Shown: in pieces, positions 28,033 through 39,507 of the stretch
How the letters are laid out: each line of letters opens with the position of its first letter
How positions within the stretch are numbered: position 1 is the stretch's first letter
Notes under the pieces: generated by a model
The model's input: only the letters and a program-made list of their open reading frames with translations
Told to the model about the DNA's origin: nothing
Databases searched by the model: none
Made by a program: the position numbers and the translations under genes
From: an uncultured Bacillota bacterium
Lineage (GTDB): Bacteria > Sysuimicrobiota > Sysuimicrobiia > Sysuimicrobiales > Segetimicrobiaceae
Direction: 5' to 3'
Length of the DNA stretch: 64,000 bases
Assembly: GCA_963804645.1 (NCBI GenBank)
Contig: CAWDRG010000011.1
Location: 183,466 to 247,465 of the forward strand

Positions 28033-30798
28033 ATGACCGAGATCCGAGGAACGGCACCCCCCGGGGCGAAATCCAGCGGCATGACCGCCGCAGCCGCTCC
28101 GTATCCGTCGGGGCGTGAAACCGATGTCGTGCTCCGGGACGGCAGCACCGTCCACGTCCGCCCGATCAGGCCGGACGACGAGGCGCGCCTCCTGGAGTTG
28201 CTCCGCGGCCTCTCCGAAGAGGCGCGCGCGCAGCGGTTCTTCGGCACCACCTCCGACTCCGCGCTCGCGGCGTACGCCGCCCGGGCGGTGGTGGTGGACT
28301 ACGTGCGCCGGTTCGGGCTGATCGCGATCGCGGGCGCCGCGGAACGCATCGTCGGGCACGGCTGCTACGACGCGAGCGCGGACGGCCAGGCCGAGGTCGC
28401 GTTCACCGTGGCCGATGAGTACCAGGGACACGGGCTCGGCACGATCCTGCTCGGCCATCTCGCGGAGATCGCCGCGCTCCACGGCATCCGGGTGTTCGAG
28501 GCGTTCGTCCTGCCGGACAACCGCCAGATGGCCGATGTGTTCGCCAGCGCCGGGTTCCCGGTGCACACCGAGTTCACGGGGTATGAGCTGCGGGTCTCGT
28601 TTCCAACGTCGCTGACCGACGAGGCGCTCGACCGCTTCAACCGGCGGGATCAGATCGCCGCGGTCAACGCGCTCACGGCGTTCTTCGCCCCGCGCGGGGT
28701 CGCCGTGATCGGGGCCTCGCGGCGCCGGGGCACGATCGGCGGGGAGTTGTTCCACAACCTCCTCACGTACGGCTTCGCGGGCCCGGTCTATCCGGTGAAC
28801 CCCGAGGCGGCCGTCGTCCAGAGCGTGGTCGCCTACCGGACGGTCGAGGAGATCCCAGGACCGGTGGACCTCGCGGTCATCGCGGTCCCGGCGTCCGCCG
28901 TCAGCGCCGCCGCGGAGGCGTGCGCCCGCAAACAGGTCCGGGCGCTCGTCGTCATCTCGTCCGGTTTCGCCGAGGTGGGGGAAGAAGGCCGCGCGCGGCA
29001 GGCCGAGTTGGTCCGCATCTGCGAGGAGACCGGGATGCGGCTGATCGGCCCGAACTGCATGGGCATCGTCAATACCGATCCGGCGGTGCGGCTCAACGCG
29101 ACGTTCGCGCAGCGGACGCCGCCGACCGGCCGGGTGGGATTTTCCTCCCAGAGCGGCGGACTCGGCCTCGCGATCATCGAGTACGCTCAGGCGCTGAATC
29201 TCGGCATCTCCACGTTCGTCTCCGCCGGCAACAAAGCGGACATCTCGGGCAACGACCTGCTCAACTACTGGGAATCCGACTCCAACACGGACGTGATCCT
29301 GCTCTACCTGGAATCGTTCGGCAACCCGCGCCGCTTCTCGCGGATCGCCCGCCGGGTCGCCCGCACGAAGCCGATCGTCGCGGTCAAGAGCGGCCGGTCG
29401 TCCGCGGGGGCCCGCGCGACCTCGTCCCACACCGGCGCGCTGCTGGCGGCCTCGGACACGACCGTCGACGCCCTGTTCCGGCAGGCCGGGGTGATCCGCA
29501 CCGACACGCTGGAAGAGATGTTTGACGTCGCGACCCTGCTCGTGCACCAGCCGCCGCCGCCCGGCCGCCGCGTGGCGATCGTGACCAACGGCGGCGGCCC
29601 CGGGATCCTGTGCGCGGACGCCTGCGAGGCGCAGGGACTCACCGTGCCGGCGCTGGCCGCCGCGACGCAGGCGCGGCTCCGGGCGCTCCTGCCGCCGAAC
29701 GCCAGCGTCCAGAATCCCGTCGACGTGATCGCGTCGGCCTCGGCCCAAAACTACCAGGACGCGCTCGAGGTGATTGTCGAGGACCCGGGCGTGGACGCGG
29801 TGATCGTCATCTTTATCCCGCCGCTCGTGACGCGCGCGGAAGACGTGGCGCAGGCGATCATCGCGGGCACGCGGGCCGTGCGCGGACGCAAGCCGGTGCT
29901 CACGGTGTTCATGTCGGCGCGCGGCGTCCCCGACGCGCTCACCGCGGCCGACGTCCGCATCCCCTCCTACACCTTTCCCGAGTCTGCGGCGATCGCGCTG
30001 GCCCGCGTCGCCCAGTACGGCGAGTGGCGCAACCGCCCGCTGGGCACCCCGCCGACCTTCGACGGCATCCGGCGGGAGGACGCCGCCGCGCTCGTCTCGG
30101 CGGCGCTCGGCCGGGGCGGTGGCTGGCTCACGCCCGAGGAATCGTACACGCTCCTCACCTGCTACGGGATTCCCGCCGCCGCGCAGCGTACCGCCGCGAC
30201 GCCCGACGACGCTGCCCGCGCGGCGGACGAGATCGGCGGCGCGGTGGCGCTCAAGGCCGTGGGCGCGCAGATCCTCCACAAGAGCGAGTTGGGGGCCGTC
30301 CGTCTGGGCCTGCGCGGCGCCGCGGAGGTGCGCGCGGCCGCCGAGATGATGACCGCCTCGCTCACCGCCTCGGGCCATCCGCCGGACGGATTCCTGGTGC
30401 AGGCGATGACCGCGAGCGGCACAGAGATGATCGTCGGCGTGGTGCAGGACCCCCAGTTCGGAGCGGTCGTCGCCTGCGGAGCCGGCGGCACCCTCGTCGA
30501 GCTGATGCGCGACATGTCCGTGTGGCTCGCGCCGCTCGCGCGCGAGGACGCGGCGGACATGATCCGGTCCCTCCGCACGTATCCGCTGCTCACCGGGTTC
30601 CGGGGGCGCCCCGCGGCCGACGTCGCCGCGCTGGAAGACGTGCTCCTCCGGGTGAGCACCATGGCCGAGGATCTGCCCCAGATCATCGAGCTCGACTGCA
30701 ACCCCGTGATCGTCCATCCGCACGGCGCCTCGGTCGTCGACGCGCGCATCCGGGTCGCGGCGACGGAACCGGCCTCGCTGCTGAAGCGCCGGGCGTAA
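28033..30798 (+). CDS. N-terminal GNAT fused to ADP-forming acyl-CoA ligase-like domains (Pat/PatA-type protein acetyltransferase)
   Basis: VADEYQGHGLGT (GNAT), GPNCMG, SQSG, GNKAD, SHTG, HKSELG, ELDCNP; start 28033 or 28081. Confidence 0.9.
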   Translation: MTEIRGTAPPGAKSSGMTAAAAPYPSGRETDVVLRDGSTVHVRPIRPDDEARLLELLRGLSEEARAQRFFGTTSDSALAAYAARAVVVDYVRRFGLIAIAGAAERIVGHGCYDASADGQAEVAFTVADEYQGHGLGTILLGHLAEIAALHGIRVFEAFVLPDNRQMADVFASAGFPVHTEFTGYELRVSFPTSLTDEALDRFNRRDQIAAVNALTAFFAPRGVAVIGASRRRGTIGGELFHNLLTYGFAGPVYPVNPEAAVVQSVVAYRTVEEIPGPVDLAVIAVPASAVSAAAEACARKQVRALVVISSGFAEVGEEGRARQAELVRICEETGMRLIGPNCMGIVNTDPAVRLNATFAQRTPPTGRVGFSSQSGGLGLAIIEYAQALNLGISTFVSAGNKADISGNDLLNYWESDSNTDVILLYLESFGNPRRFSRIARRVARTKPIVAVKSGRSSAGARATSSHTGALLAASDTTVDALFRQAGVIRTDTLEEMFDVATLLVHQPPPPGRRVAIVTNGGGPGILCADACEAQGLTVPALAAATQARLRALLPPNASVQNPVDVIASASAQNYQDALEVIVEDPGVDAVIVIFIPPLVTRAEDVAQAIIAGTRAVRGRKPVLTVFMSARGVPDALTAADVRIPSYTFPESAAIALARVAQYGEWRNRPLGTPPTFDGIRREDAAALVSAALGRGGGWLTPEESYTLLTCYGIPAAAQRTAATPDDAARAADEIGGAVALKAVGAQILHKSELGAVRLGLRGAAEVRAAAEMMTASLTASGHPPDGFLVQAMTASGTEMIVGVVQDPQFGAVVACGAGGTLVELMRDMSVWLAPLAREDAADMIRSLRTYPLLTGFRGRPAADVAALEDVLLRVSTMAEDLPQIIELDCNPVIVHPHGASVVDARIRVAATEPASLLKRRA

Positions 30799-30854
30799 CC
30801 TCGGCCGGACCGGGCGCCACCGACAGCGCGCCAGCGCGGGCATCGCCCTCCGTG

Positions 30855-30863
30855 TGGTATATT
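30855..30863 (+). promoter_or_regulatory. Extended -10 promoter TGgTATATT for the kinase (no regulon box)
   Basis: Near-consensus TGnTATAAT 28 bp upstream of the ATG. Confidence 0.55.
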
Positions 30864-30890
30864 GATGCGGACGGAAGAAGGTTGTGTCGC

Positions 30891-32075
30891 ATGCCGCTCG
30901 GAAACAAAACCGGGGTCTTTCGAAGCCTTTCCCACGTCCTCAACCGGTCGTTCACGCTGCGGGAGGCTCTCGACGGCGCGCTGCCGCGCATCGTCGAGCT
31001 CGCGGAGGCCGACGCGGGCTGGATCTTCCTGCGCAACGCCGAGACCGAGGCGTTTACCCTGGCCGCCGATGTCAATCTGCCGCCCTCCCTCCTCGTCGCC
31101 GGACGGCGGCGCATGGCGGGCGAATGCCGGTGCATCCAGATGCTCCGGGACGGGATGCTGACGCAGCCGGTGAACCTGGTCGAGTGCCTCCGGCTGGAGC
31201 AGGCGCTGCCGAACTCGCCGGACCGGCACCAGCACGCGACGATCCCGCTCTTGTCACAGAACGAAACTACGGTGGGGATCTTGAACCTGCTGCTGCCTCC
31301 CGAACGAACGCTGAGCGAAGCCGACCTCAACGTCCTCGAGGCGCTTGGGCACGAGGTCGCGGTCGCCGTGCAGCGCGCCCACCTGTTCGAAACGGTGCGC
31401 GACCGCGAGGCGACGACGCGGGAGTTGATGCAGCGCCTCATGACGTCCCAGGAGGAAGAGCGCAGGCGGATCGCGCAGGACCTGCACGACCACGCCGGGC
31501 AGATCATGACGGCGCTGATCATGCAGCTCACCCACCTGATCGGACATCTGAGCACCACGGACACGCAGAAGCTCACCGGCGAACTGGAGCGCTTTCGGGG
31601 CATCGCCGAACAGGGTCTCGACGAGGTCCACAAGCTCGTGTACGACCTGCGGCCGCTCATCCTCGACGATCACGGGCTCGGCCCGGCGGTCACGTCCTAC
31701 GTGGAAACGCACATCCGTCCCGCGGGGCTGGAGGTCGATTTCAGGACCGTGGGACTGGAGGGCCGGCTGCCCCAGGAAACTGAGATCGCGGCCTACCGGA
31801 TCATCCAGGAGGCCGTCACGAACACCCTGCGCCACGCGGAGGCGAAACGGCTCGAGATTCGGCTCGATCGACGCAAGGACTGGCTGATCGTCATGGTGCG
31901 GGATGACGGCAAGGGATTTGACGTCGAGGACACGCCGCGCGCTTCAAAGAGCCTCGGCCTTCACGGGATGCGTGAGCGGGCCGAACTGCTGGGCGGGACG
32001 CTGCAGGTGCTGTCGGTGCCGGGCGCCGGGACCACGATCCTTACGCGGCTCCCGTTCCTCACGCGTTCCGCCTGA
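30891..32075 (+). CDS. Soluble GAF-HisKA_3 histidine kinase with CxC...C motif (YhcY/AirS-like)
   Basis: GAF with ECRC...VNLVECLRL; ERRRIAQDLHD H-box; QEAVTNTLRHA, DDGKGF, LGLHGMRER; no TM segment. Confidence 0.92.
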   Translation: MPLGNKTGVFRSLSHVLNRSFTLREALDGALPRIVELAEADAGWIFLRNAETEAFTLAADVNLPPSLLVAGRRRMAGECRCIQMLRDGMLTQPVNLVECLRLEQALPNSPDRHQHATIPLLSQNETTVGILNLLLPPERTLSEADLNVLEALGHEVAVAVQRAHLFETVRDREATTRELMQRLMTSQEEERRRIAQDLHDHAGQIMTALIMQLTHLIGHLSTTDTQKLTGELERFRGIAEQGLDEVHKLVYDLRPLILDDHGLGPAVTSYVETHIRPAGLEVDFRTVGLEGRLPQETEIAAYRIIQEAVTNTLRHAEAKRLEIRLDRRKDWLIVMVRDDGKGFDVEDTPRASKSLGLHGMRERAELLGGTLQVLSVPGAGTTILTRLPFLTRSA

Positions 32076-32151
32076 GCCCCAGGCAACCCGGCCAGTCCCG
32101 CGTAGGAACGCGGGACCCCCCCGTAGGCCCGGGCGCTGTCTTCGCGTGGCC

Positions 32152-32337
32152 TCAGCTCGCCGGCCGCTCCGCGCCGGGCATTCTGGCCTCGGGCTTCGAC
32201 ACCGTCGCGGGGGGCGCTTCCTCGCCCGCCTCGCCGTAATAGCACTCCTCGCAGAACCGCATCACGATCCCGTCCCGTTCCAGTTCCTTGCGCACGGTGC
32301 GAAGGCCGCACTTCTCGCACGGCGATTGTGTCGTCAT
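32152..32337 (-). CDS. Small CxxC-x18-CxxC metal-binding (zinc-ribbon-like) protein
   Basis: CEKC...CEEC; AGGGAGGT RBS; own boxed promoter. Confidence 0.75.
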   Translation of the reverse strand: MTTQSPCEKCGLRTVRKELERDGIVMRFCEECYYGEAGEEAPPATVSKPEARMPGAERPAS

Positions 32338-32371
32338 GGCCGGACCTCCCTGTGCTCGCGACTCTCACTTG

Positions 32372-32547
32372 ACCCTACCATGGGACCCCGCCGACCGGCA
32401 TCGGGCCGACAGCCGATCTTCACCGCGATGGAACCCCGCCGACCGGGACGCAGGGCAGCGCGCCGTCCCGCGCGGTCTATCGTCTCAAGATCGGACCCGC
32501 AAATCGGCTAGGCAACCGATGCGAACCCGTCGGCCATCGTCTACCGT
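32372..32547. promoter_or_regulatory. Back-to-back regulon promoters: box 32400-32417 (leftward, TGgTAGGGT) and box 32503-32520 (rightward, TACCGT)
   Basis: Both are perfect ATCGG-N8-CCGAT; spacers of 22 and 21 bp. Confidence 0.75.
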
Positions 32548-32585
32548 AAAGGGGACGTGATGCGGATTCGCTGGAGGTCACGGCA

Positions 32586-32819
32586 ATGAACTCATCCGCG
32601 CCGGTACCGGCGCCACGAATCATCGGGACCGTCACCTGGTACAACAAGGTGACTGGCTTCGGCTTTATCCGAGTCGAGGGCATGAGCGACGTGTTCGTGA
32701 ACGAAGCCGCCATCGACGTCCCCGGCCGCCGGGTCCTGCGAGAAGGAGAAACCGTGGAGCTTGAGATCGTGAACCGCGACGGCCGGCGGGAGGCGACGCA
32801 CGTCGTCCCGGTGAACTGA
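32586..32819 (+). CDS. Cold-shock domain protein
   Basis: GTVTWYN...GFGFI...DVFV, LREGETV; GGAGGT RBS. Confidence 0.88.
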   Translation: MNSSAPVPAPRIIGTVTWYNKVTGFGFIRVEGMSDVFVNEAAIDVPGRRVLREGETVELEIVNRDGRREATHVVPVN

Positions 32820-32908
32820 AGGCACACCGGCGGGCCCAGGCGGCTACGCCGATGCGGCACAATACAGCGCGCCCCGAGATTGGGGCGCGCTGTGTTGTAC
32901 CGCGGGCC

Positions 32909-33328
32909 TCAGTGGACGATCAGCACCGGAACGCTCGCCCCGTGCAGCACCTGCTCGCTCACGCTGCCGAGAATCAGCCCTTGCACCCGGCCGCGGCCGC
33001 GACAGCCGACCACGATCAGGTCGGCGTGGACGCGCTTCGCCGTCTCGAGGATCGCCTGCGCCGGCTCGCCCTCCCGGGACACCGTGGTGACCCGGACGTG
33101 CGCGGTCGTGAACTGCTGCACGGCCTGGTCGAGATACCGGCGGCCCGCCTCCTCCAGCGACGCGTCGAGCGCGCCAAATTCCGCGCCGGCGCCGTACGCG
33201 AGGACCGGAATGTGCACGACGTGCACGACAACCACCTCGGCGTTCGGCATGCCCGCGGTCAATCGGACCGCGAGCGCGACGGCGTGCTGCGCATGCGGAG
33301 ATCCGTCAGTCGCGATGAGCAGACGCAT
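32909..33328 (-). CDS. Universal stress protein
   Basis: LLIATDGS, IVVGCRG, LGSVSEQVL. Confidence 0.95.
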   Translation of the reverse strand: MRLLIATDGSPHAQHAVALAVRLTAGMPNAEVVVVHVVHIPVLAYGAGAEFGALDASLEEAGRRYLDQAVQQFTTAHVRVTTVSREGEPAQAILETAKRVHADLIVVGCRGRGRVQGLILGSVSEQVLHGASVPVLIVH

Positions 33329-33373
33329 CCATCACCCCCGCACCCCGCGTGTCGTCCCCGGCCTGCCGCGGCG

Positions 33374-33757
33374 TCACCGTCCGGCGCCCACCGGCGCGCG
33401 CTCGTGGAGGTTCAGGAACAACTGAATGATGTCGGCCGCGCTCACGATCCCGAGCACCCGTCCGGCCTCGACGACCGGCACGCGCCTGACCATCTGGTCC
33501 AGCATCAGCGCGGCGACCTCTTCGACGGGCGCGTCGGGAGCGACGGTCACCGGATCGGCGGTCATCACGTCACGGACGCGCTGGCCCAGTTTCGCCGAGA
33601 GATCGACGAAGCTCACCATGCCCACCATCTGCTGCCGATCGTCCACGACCGGAGCGCCGTGGATGCGGTAGTGGAGCAGAGCGTCCCGCGCCTCGATCAC
33701 GGACGTCTCGGGCGCGAGGGTGACGACGTCACTGGTCATGATCTCCCGTACTTCCAT
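33374..33757 (-). CDS. Stand-alone CBS-pair protein
   Basis: MEVREIMT, GAPVVD, VRRVPVVE..VLGIVS. Confidence 0.9.
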   Translation of the reverse strand: MEVREIMTSDVVTLAPETSVIEARDALLHYRIHGAPVVDDRQQMVGMVSFVDLSAKLGQRVRDVMTADPVTVAPDAPVEEVAALMLDQMVRRVPVVEAGRVLGIVSAADIIQLFLNLHERAPVGAGR

Positions 33758-33797
33758 GGCCACCACCCCTTCCGGTGCACTCCCGACCTGCGGCTTT

Positions 33798-33843
33798 ACC
33801 CTAGCATCCGCGCGCGAGCCGGGGCATCGGGTGTGGACCGGAT
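33798..33843 (-). promoter_or_regulatory. Regulon box ATCGG-N8-CGGAT (33826-33843) plus TGcTAGGGT for CBS-USP
   Basis: 22-bp spacer. Confidence 0.75.
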
Positions 33844-33861
33844 TTCTCGGGGCGGGTCGGT

Positions 33862-34821
33862 CTAGACTCCAAATGTCCCTTCCAGCTCGAACAGCGCCGT
33901 GTCGAGCGCCCGCGTGCCCGCGAGCGCCTCTTCGATCGCCATGAGGGTCACCCGCCCGTTCTGCAGACCTGCGACGACCCCCGACCGCCCGTCGAGCAGC
34001 GCCTGGGTCGCCGTCGCCGCCGACCGGCTCGCGAGAATCCGGTCGAACGCCGTGGGCGCGCCGCCGCGCTGAACGTGCCCAAGTACGGTCGCTCTGGTCT
34101 CGGCGCCCGTGCGCTCGGTCAACTGGCGCGCGAGCGAGGTTCCGCTGCCCGCGCCCTCCGCAATGACGATGATCGTGTGGGTCTTCTGCGCGCGCTGGCG
34201 CGCCTCGATCCGGGCGGCGACCGCGGCCAGCTCCCACGGTGCCTCGGGCACGAGCACGATGTCCGCCCCCGTCGCCAGCGCGGCGTGCAGCGCCAGCCAT
34301 CCGCACCCGCGGCCCATCGTCTCGACGATAAAGGTTCGTTCGTGCGACGACGCCGTGTCGCGAATCCGGTCGATCGCCTCGACGATCGTGTTCAGGGCCG
34401 TATCGGCGCCGATCGTGATGTCGAACGCGGCAAAGTCGTTGTCGATCGTCGACGCGACGCCGACGGCGTGCACGCCCCGCCCGTGCAGGGCCAGCACACC
34501 GGCCTGGCTCCCGTTGCCGCCGATCACCACGAGGCCGTCCACCCCGGCGCGCTGCAGCGCCGCGGCGCCCTCGGCCTGACCCGCCTCGGTCCGGAACGCG
34601 GGGCACCGCGCGGTATGCAGAACCGTCCCGCCCTCTTCGATGATCCCCCCGACGGAGTTGGAGCCCAGCGAGATCACATCGCCCTGGATCAACCCGATGT
34701 AGCCGCGCTGGATCCCGCACACTTCCACGCCGCGCGAGATCGCCACACGCACGGCCGCCCGGATCGCAGCGTTCATGCCCGGCGCGTCTCCGCCGCTGGT
34801 GAGCACCGCCATGCGCTTCAT
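33862..34821 (-). CDS. pfkA: ATP-dependent 6-phosphofructokinase
   Basis: LTSGGDAPGMN, IGGNGS, TIDND, VETMGR, LGHVQRGG. Confidence 0.95.
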   Translation of the reverse strand: MKRMAVLTSGGDAPGMNAAIRAAVRVAISRGVEVCGIQRGYIGLIQGDVISLGSNSVGGIIEEGGTVLHTARCPAFRTEAGQAEGAAALQRAGVDGLVVIGGNGSQAGVLALHGRGVHAVGVASTIDNDFAAFDITIGADTALNTIVEAIDRIRDTASSHERTFIVETMGRGCGWLALHAALATGADIVLVPEAPWELAAVAARIEARQRAQKTHTIIVIAEGAGSGTSLARQLTERTGAETRATVLGHVQRGGAPTAFDRILASRSAATATQALLDGRSGVVAGLQNGRVTLMAIEEALAGTRALDTALFELEGTFGV

Positions 34822-34854
34822 CGACCGGACCTCTCGGGCGCGCGCGGACGCCGG

Positions 34855-35487
34855 TTACGCAACGCGGCCCGCGCGGGCGCGTGCGTGCCGCGGCACGGAT
34901 CCCTGGGCGCCCCGCAGGACGCCGCGGAGGTGTGTCCAGATGGCGCGCGCGACGGCCGAAGCGGCGGGCGCCGCTGGAACATCGATGACGCGCGCCTGCC
35001 GCCGCAGAAACCGGAGCATCGGGCCGGTCTCGCGGCGAAACCGGCGCAGGCGGCGCCGGACCACGACGGGGGTATCATCGGCACGGCCGCGGCCGAGCAG
35101 CCGCGGCACGAACACGCGGTCCGCGCCCCGAAGGTTGACGACGATGAGCGGGTTTGCGAGGCGCGCGGCCTGCAGCAGCCGGAGCAGCTCCTTGGCCTGC
35201 CCCAACGTCCGGGGATAGCCATCGAGGATCGCTCCGCGCTCGGCGATGGGCCGTCGCTCCTTCCGGAGCGCTGCCGCGACCTCCTCGCGCACCAAGCCGT
35301 TCGGCACGAGCCGCCCGGCCGCGACGTACCGCGCCACCTGCCGCCCGAGCCGCGAGTGATGGCGGATCTCGCTACGGAGCTGTTCGCCGAGCGCGATATA
35401 CACGAAGTGATGCCGCGCGGAGAGCAGCGCCGCCTGTGTCCCCTTGCCGGAGCCCGGCGCGCCGATCACCAGCACGATCGGGGACAC
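34855..35487 (-). CDS. Adenylate kinase-like nucleoside monophosphate kinase (short LID)
   Basis: GAPGSGKGTQ, LDGYPRT, GRGRADD. Confidence 0.85.
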   Translation of the reverse strand: MSPIVLVIGAPGSGKGTQAALLSARHHFVYIALGEQLRSEIRHHSRLGRQVARYVAAGRLVPNGLVREEVAAALRKERRPIAERGAILDGYPRTLGQAKELLRLLQAARLANPLIVVNLRGADRVFVPRLLGRGRADDTPVVVRRRLRRFRRETGPMLRFLRRQARVIDVPAAPAASAVARAIWTHLRGVLRGAQGSVPRHARARAGRVA

Positions 35488-35744
35488 CGGGCGCCCCTCG
35501 GGCCAACGCGCGGCGCGCACCGCGCCGCGCGCGATTCGCGCGGGCGGCGTCGACGACCTTGCCACAGAGACCCCCTCCTCCCGTCTCGCTCGGCCGCGTG
35601 TCCCGGCGACACCGGATCGGGGGATCGACCCTCCCACCGGGTTCCCGGCCGATGGCATGCGCAATACGCCGGTCGCGATGCGGCCGGCGCGCGGACGGCG
35701 AACGCCGCCGCCCGTGCGCGGCACCGGCACCGTCGGATGCCCGC

Positions 35745-36233
35745 CTAGTCGGCCTCGCCGGTCACGGCCACGACGACCTTGCGCCGCTCCACCGCCGGCC
35801 TCTTGGGCATCACGATCTCCAGGACGCCGTGGGACAGCGTCGCGCGCACCTGCTCGGCCATGACATCGCCCGGCAGGGCGATCGTGCGCGCGAAACGTCC
35901 GGCGACGCGCTCATTCAGCAGCACCGCGCCCTCGCCGGCGACGGCGCGGGAGCCGCGGACCGACAGGATGGTGCCCTCGAGCGAGATCTCGACGTCCGAT
36001 TCGCGCACGCCGGGAAGGTCCGCGGTCACGACGAAGGCGGTCTCCGTCTCGCAGACGTTCAGCGCCGCACCGTAGGACACGGCCTCGTCGACGAGCTGCG
36101 CGTCGCCGCGCAGTTGCTCGTCCATCCGCTGCACGCGGTCCCGCAGCGCCTCGAAATCCCGCCAGGGGTCCCAGCGGCCGGGATGCCACCACTGCATGCC
36201 AGGCTGCGCCGTCCGGATGTGAAGAAGCGCCAT
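35745..36233 (-). CDS. Hsp20/alpha-crystallin small heat-shock protein
   Basis: ADLPGV, ER..GRFARTIALP, ATLSHGVLEI. Confidence 0.92.
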   Translation of the reverse strand: MALLHIRTAQPGMQWWHPGRWDPWRDFEALRDRVQRMDEQLRGDAQLVDEAVSYGAALNVCETETAFVVTADLPGVRESDVEISLEGTILSVRGSRAVAGEGAVLLNERVAGRFARTIALPGDVMAEQVRATLSHGVLEIVMPKRPAVERRKVVVAVTGEAD

Positions 36234-36276
36234 CGGATCCCTCCCGCCTCACCAATGATCTCGCGAGTTCACCACA

Positions 36277-36322
36277 CTCATACCATGCCGCCGCGGTCGC
36301 GGGCATCGGACGTCCACCCGAT
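36277..36322 (-). promoter_or_regulatory. Regulon box ATCGG-N8-CCGAT (36305-36322) plus TGgTATGAG for hsp20 (possibly adk-pfkA)
   Basis: 22-bp spacer. Confidence 0.7.
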
Positions 36323-36783
36323 CTCGGCGCTACGAGGACCCGAGCCGCCGCCGAGCCCCCCCGGCGCGATCGGGCGTCCGCTCCGGGCGCTCTGCGCGGC
36401 TCCCCCCGCAGTCCGGATACCAGTTCCCGGTACACCTGGCGCGTGCCGGTGATCTTCGATAGTATCTAAGGCAGTGCCTTGTGAGCGCTGGGACGGCCCG
36501 GGCGGCGGATCGCGGCGCGGACACCGTCGAGTCGGAGGAAACGGCCGGCGGCCGCGCGAAACGTTTCGCCAGTGACAGTGACGCTCCGGCTCGTCGATAG
36601 TTTTTGACGGCCGCGCCATGTGCGCGCATGTCCGCCATCACGCGACCCGGCCGCATCGCCTCCAGCAACGCGTGCGGGTCCCCACGGTGAGGCGCCGCGA
36701 GGGTCGGACCCATCGACGCGGACCGTCAACGAGCACCGTCGGCGTGACGCGGGACGCGCGCCCCGGATAAAGGAGGGGAACGT

Positions 36784-39477
<2,694 letters not shown>

Positions 39478-39507
39478 GCCGCAGGCCGTCGAGCGCCTCA
39501 GGGATCC

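Noticed and set aside
29610..32075. 821-aa kinase with a long N-terminal extension
   Set aside because: The extension is an off-frame shadow of the GNAT-ligase; a promoter and ATG at 30855-30891 define the real start.
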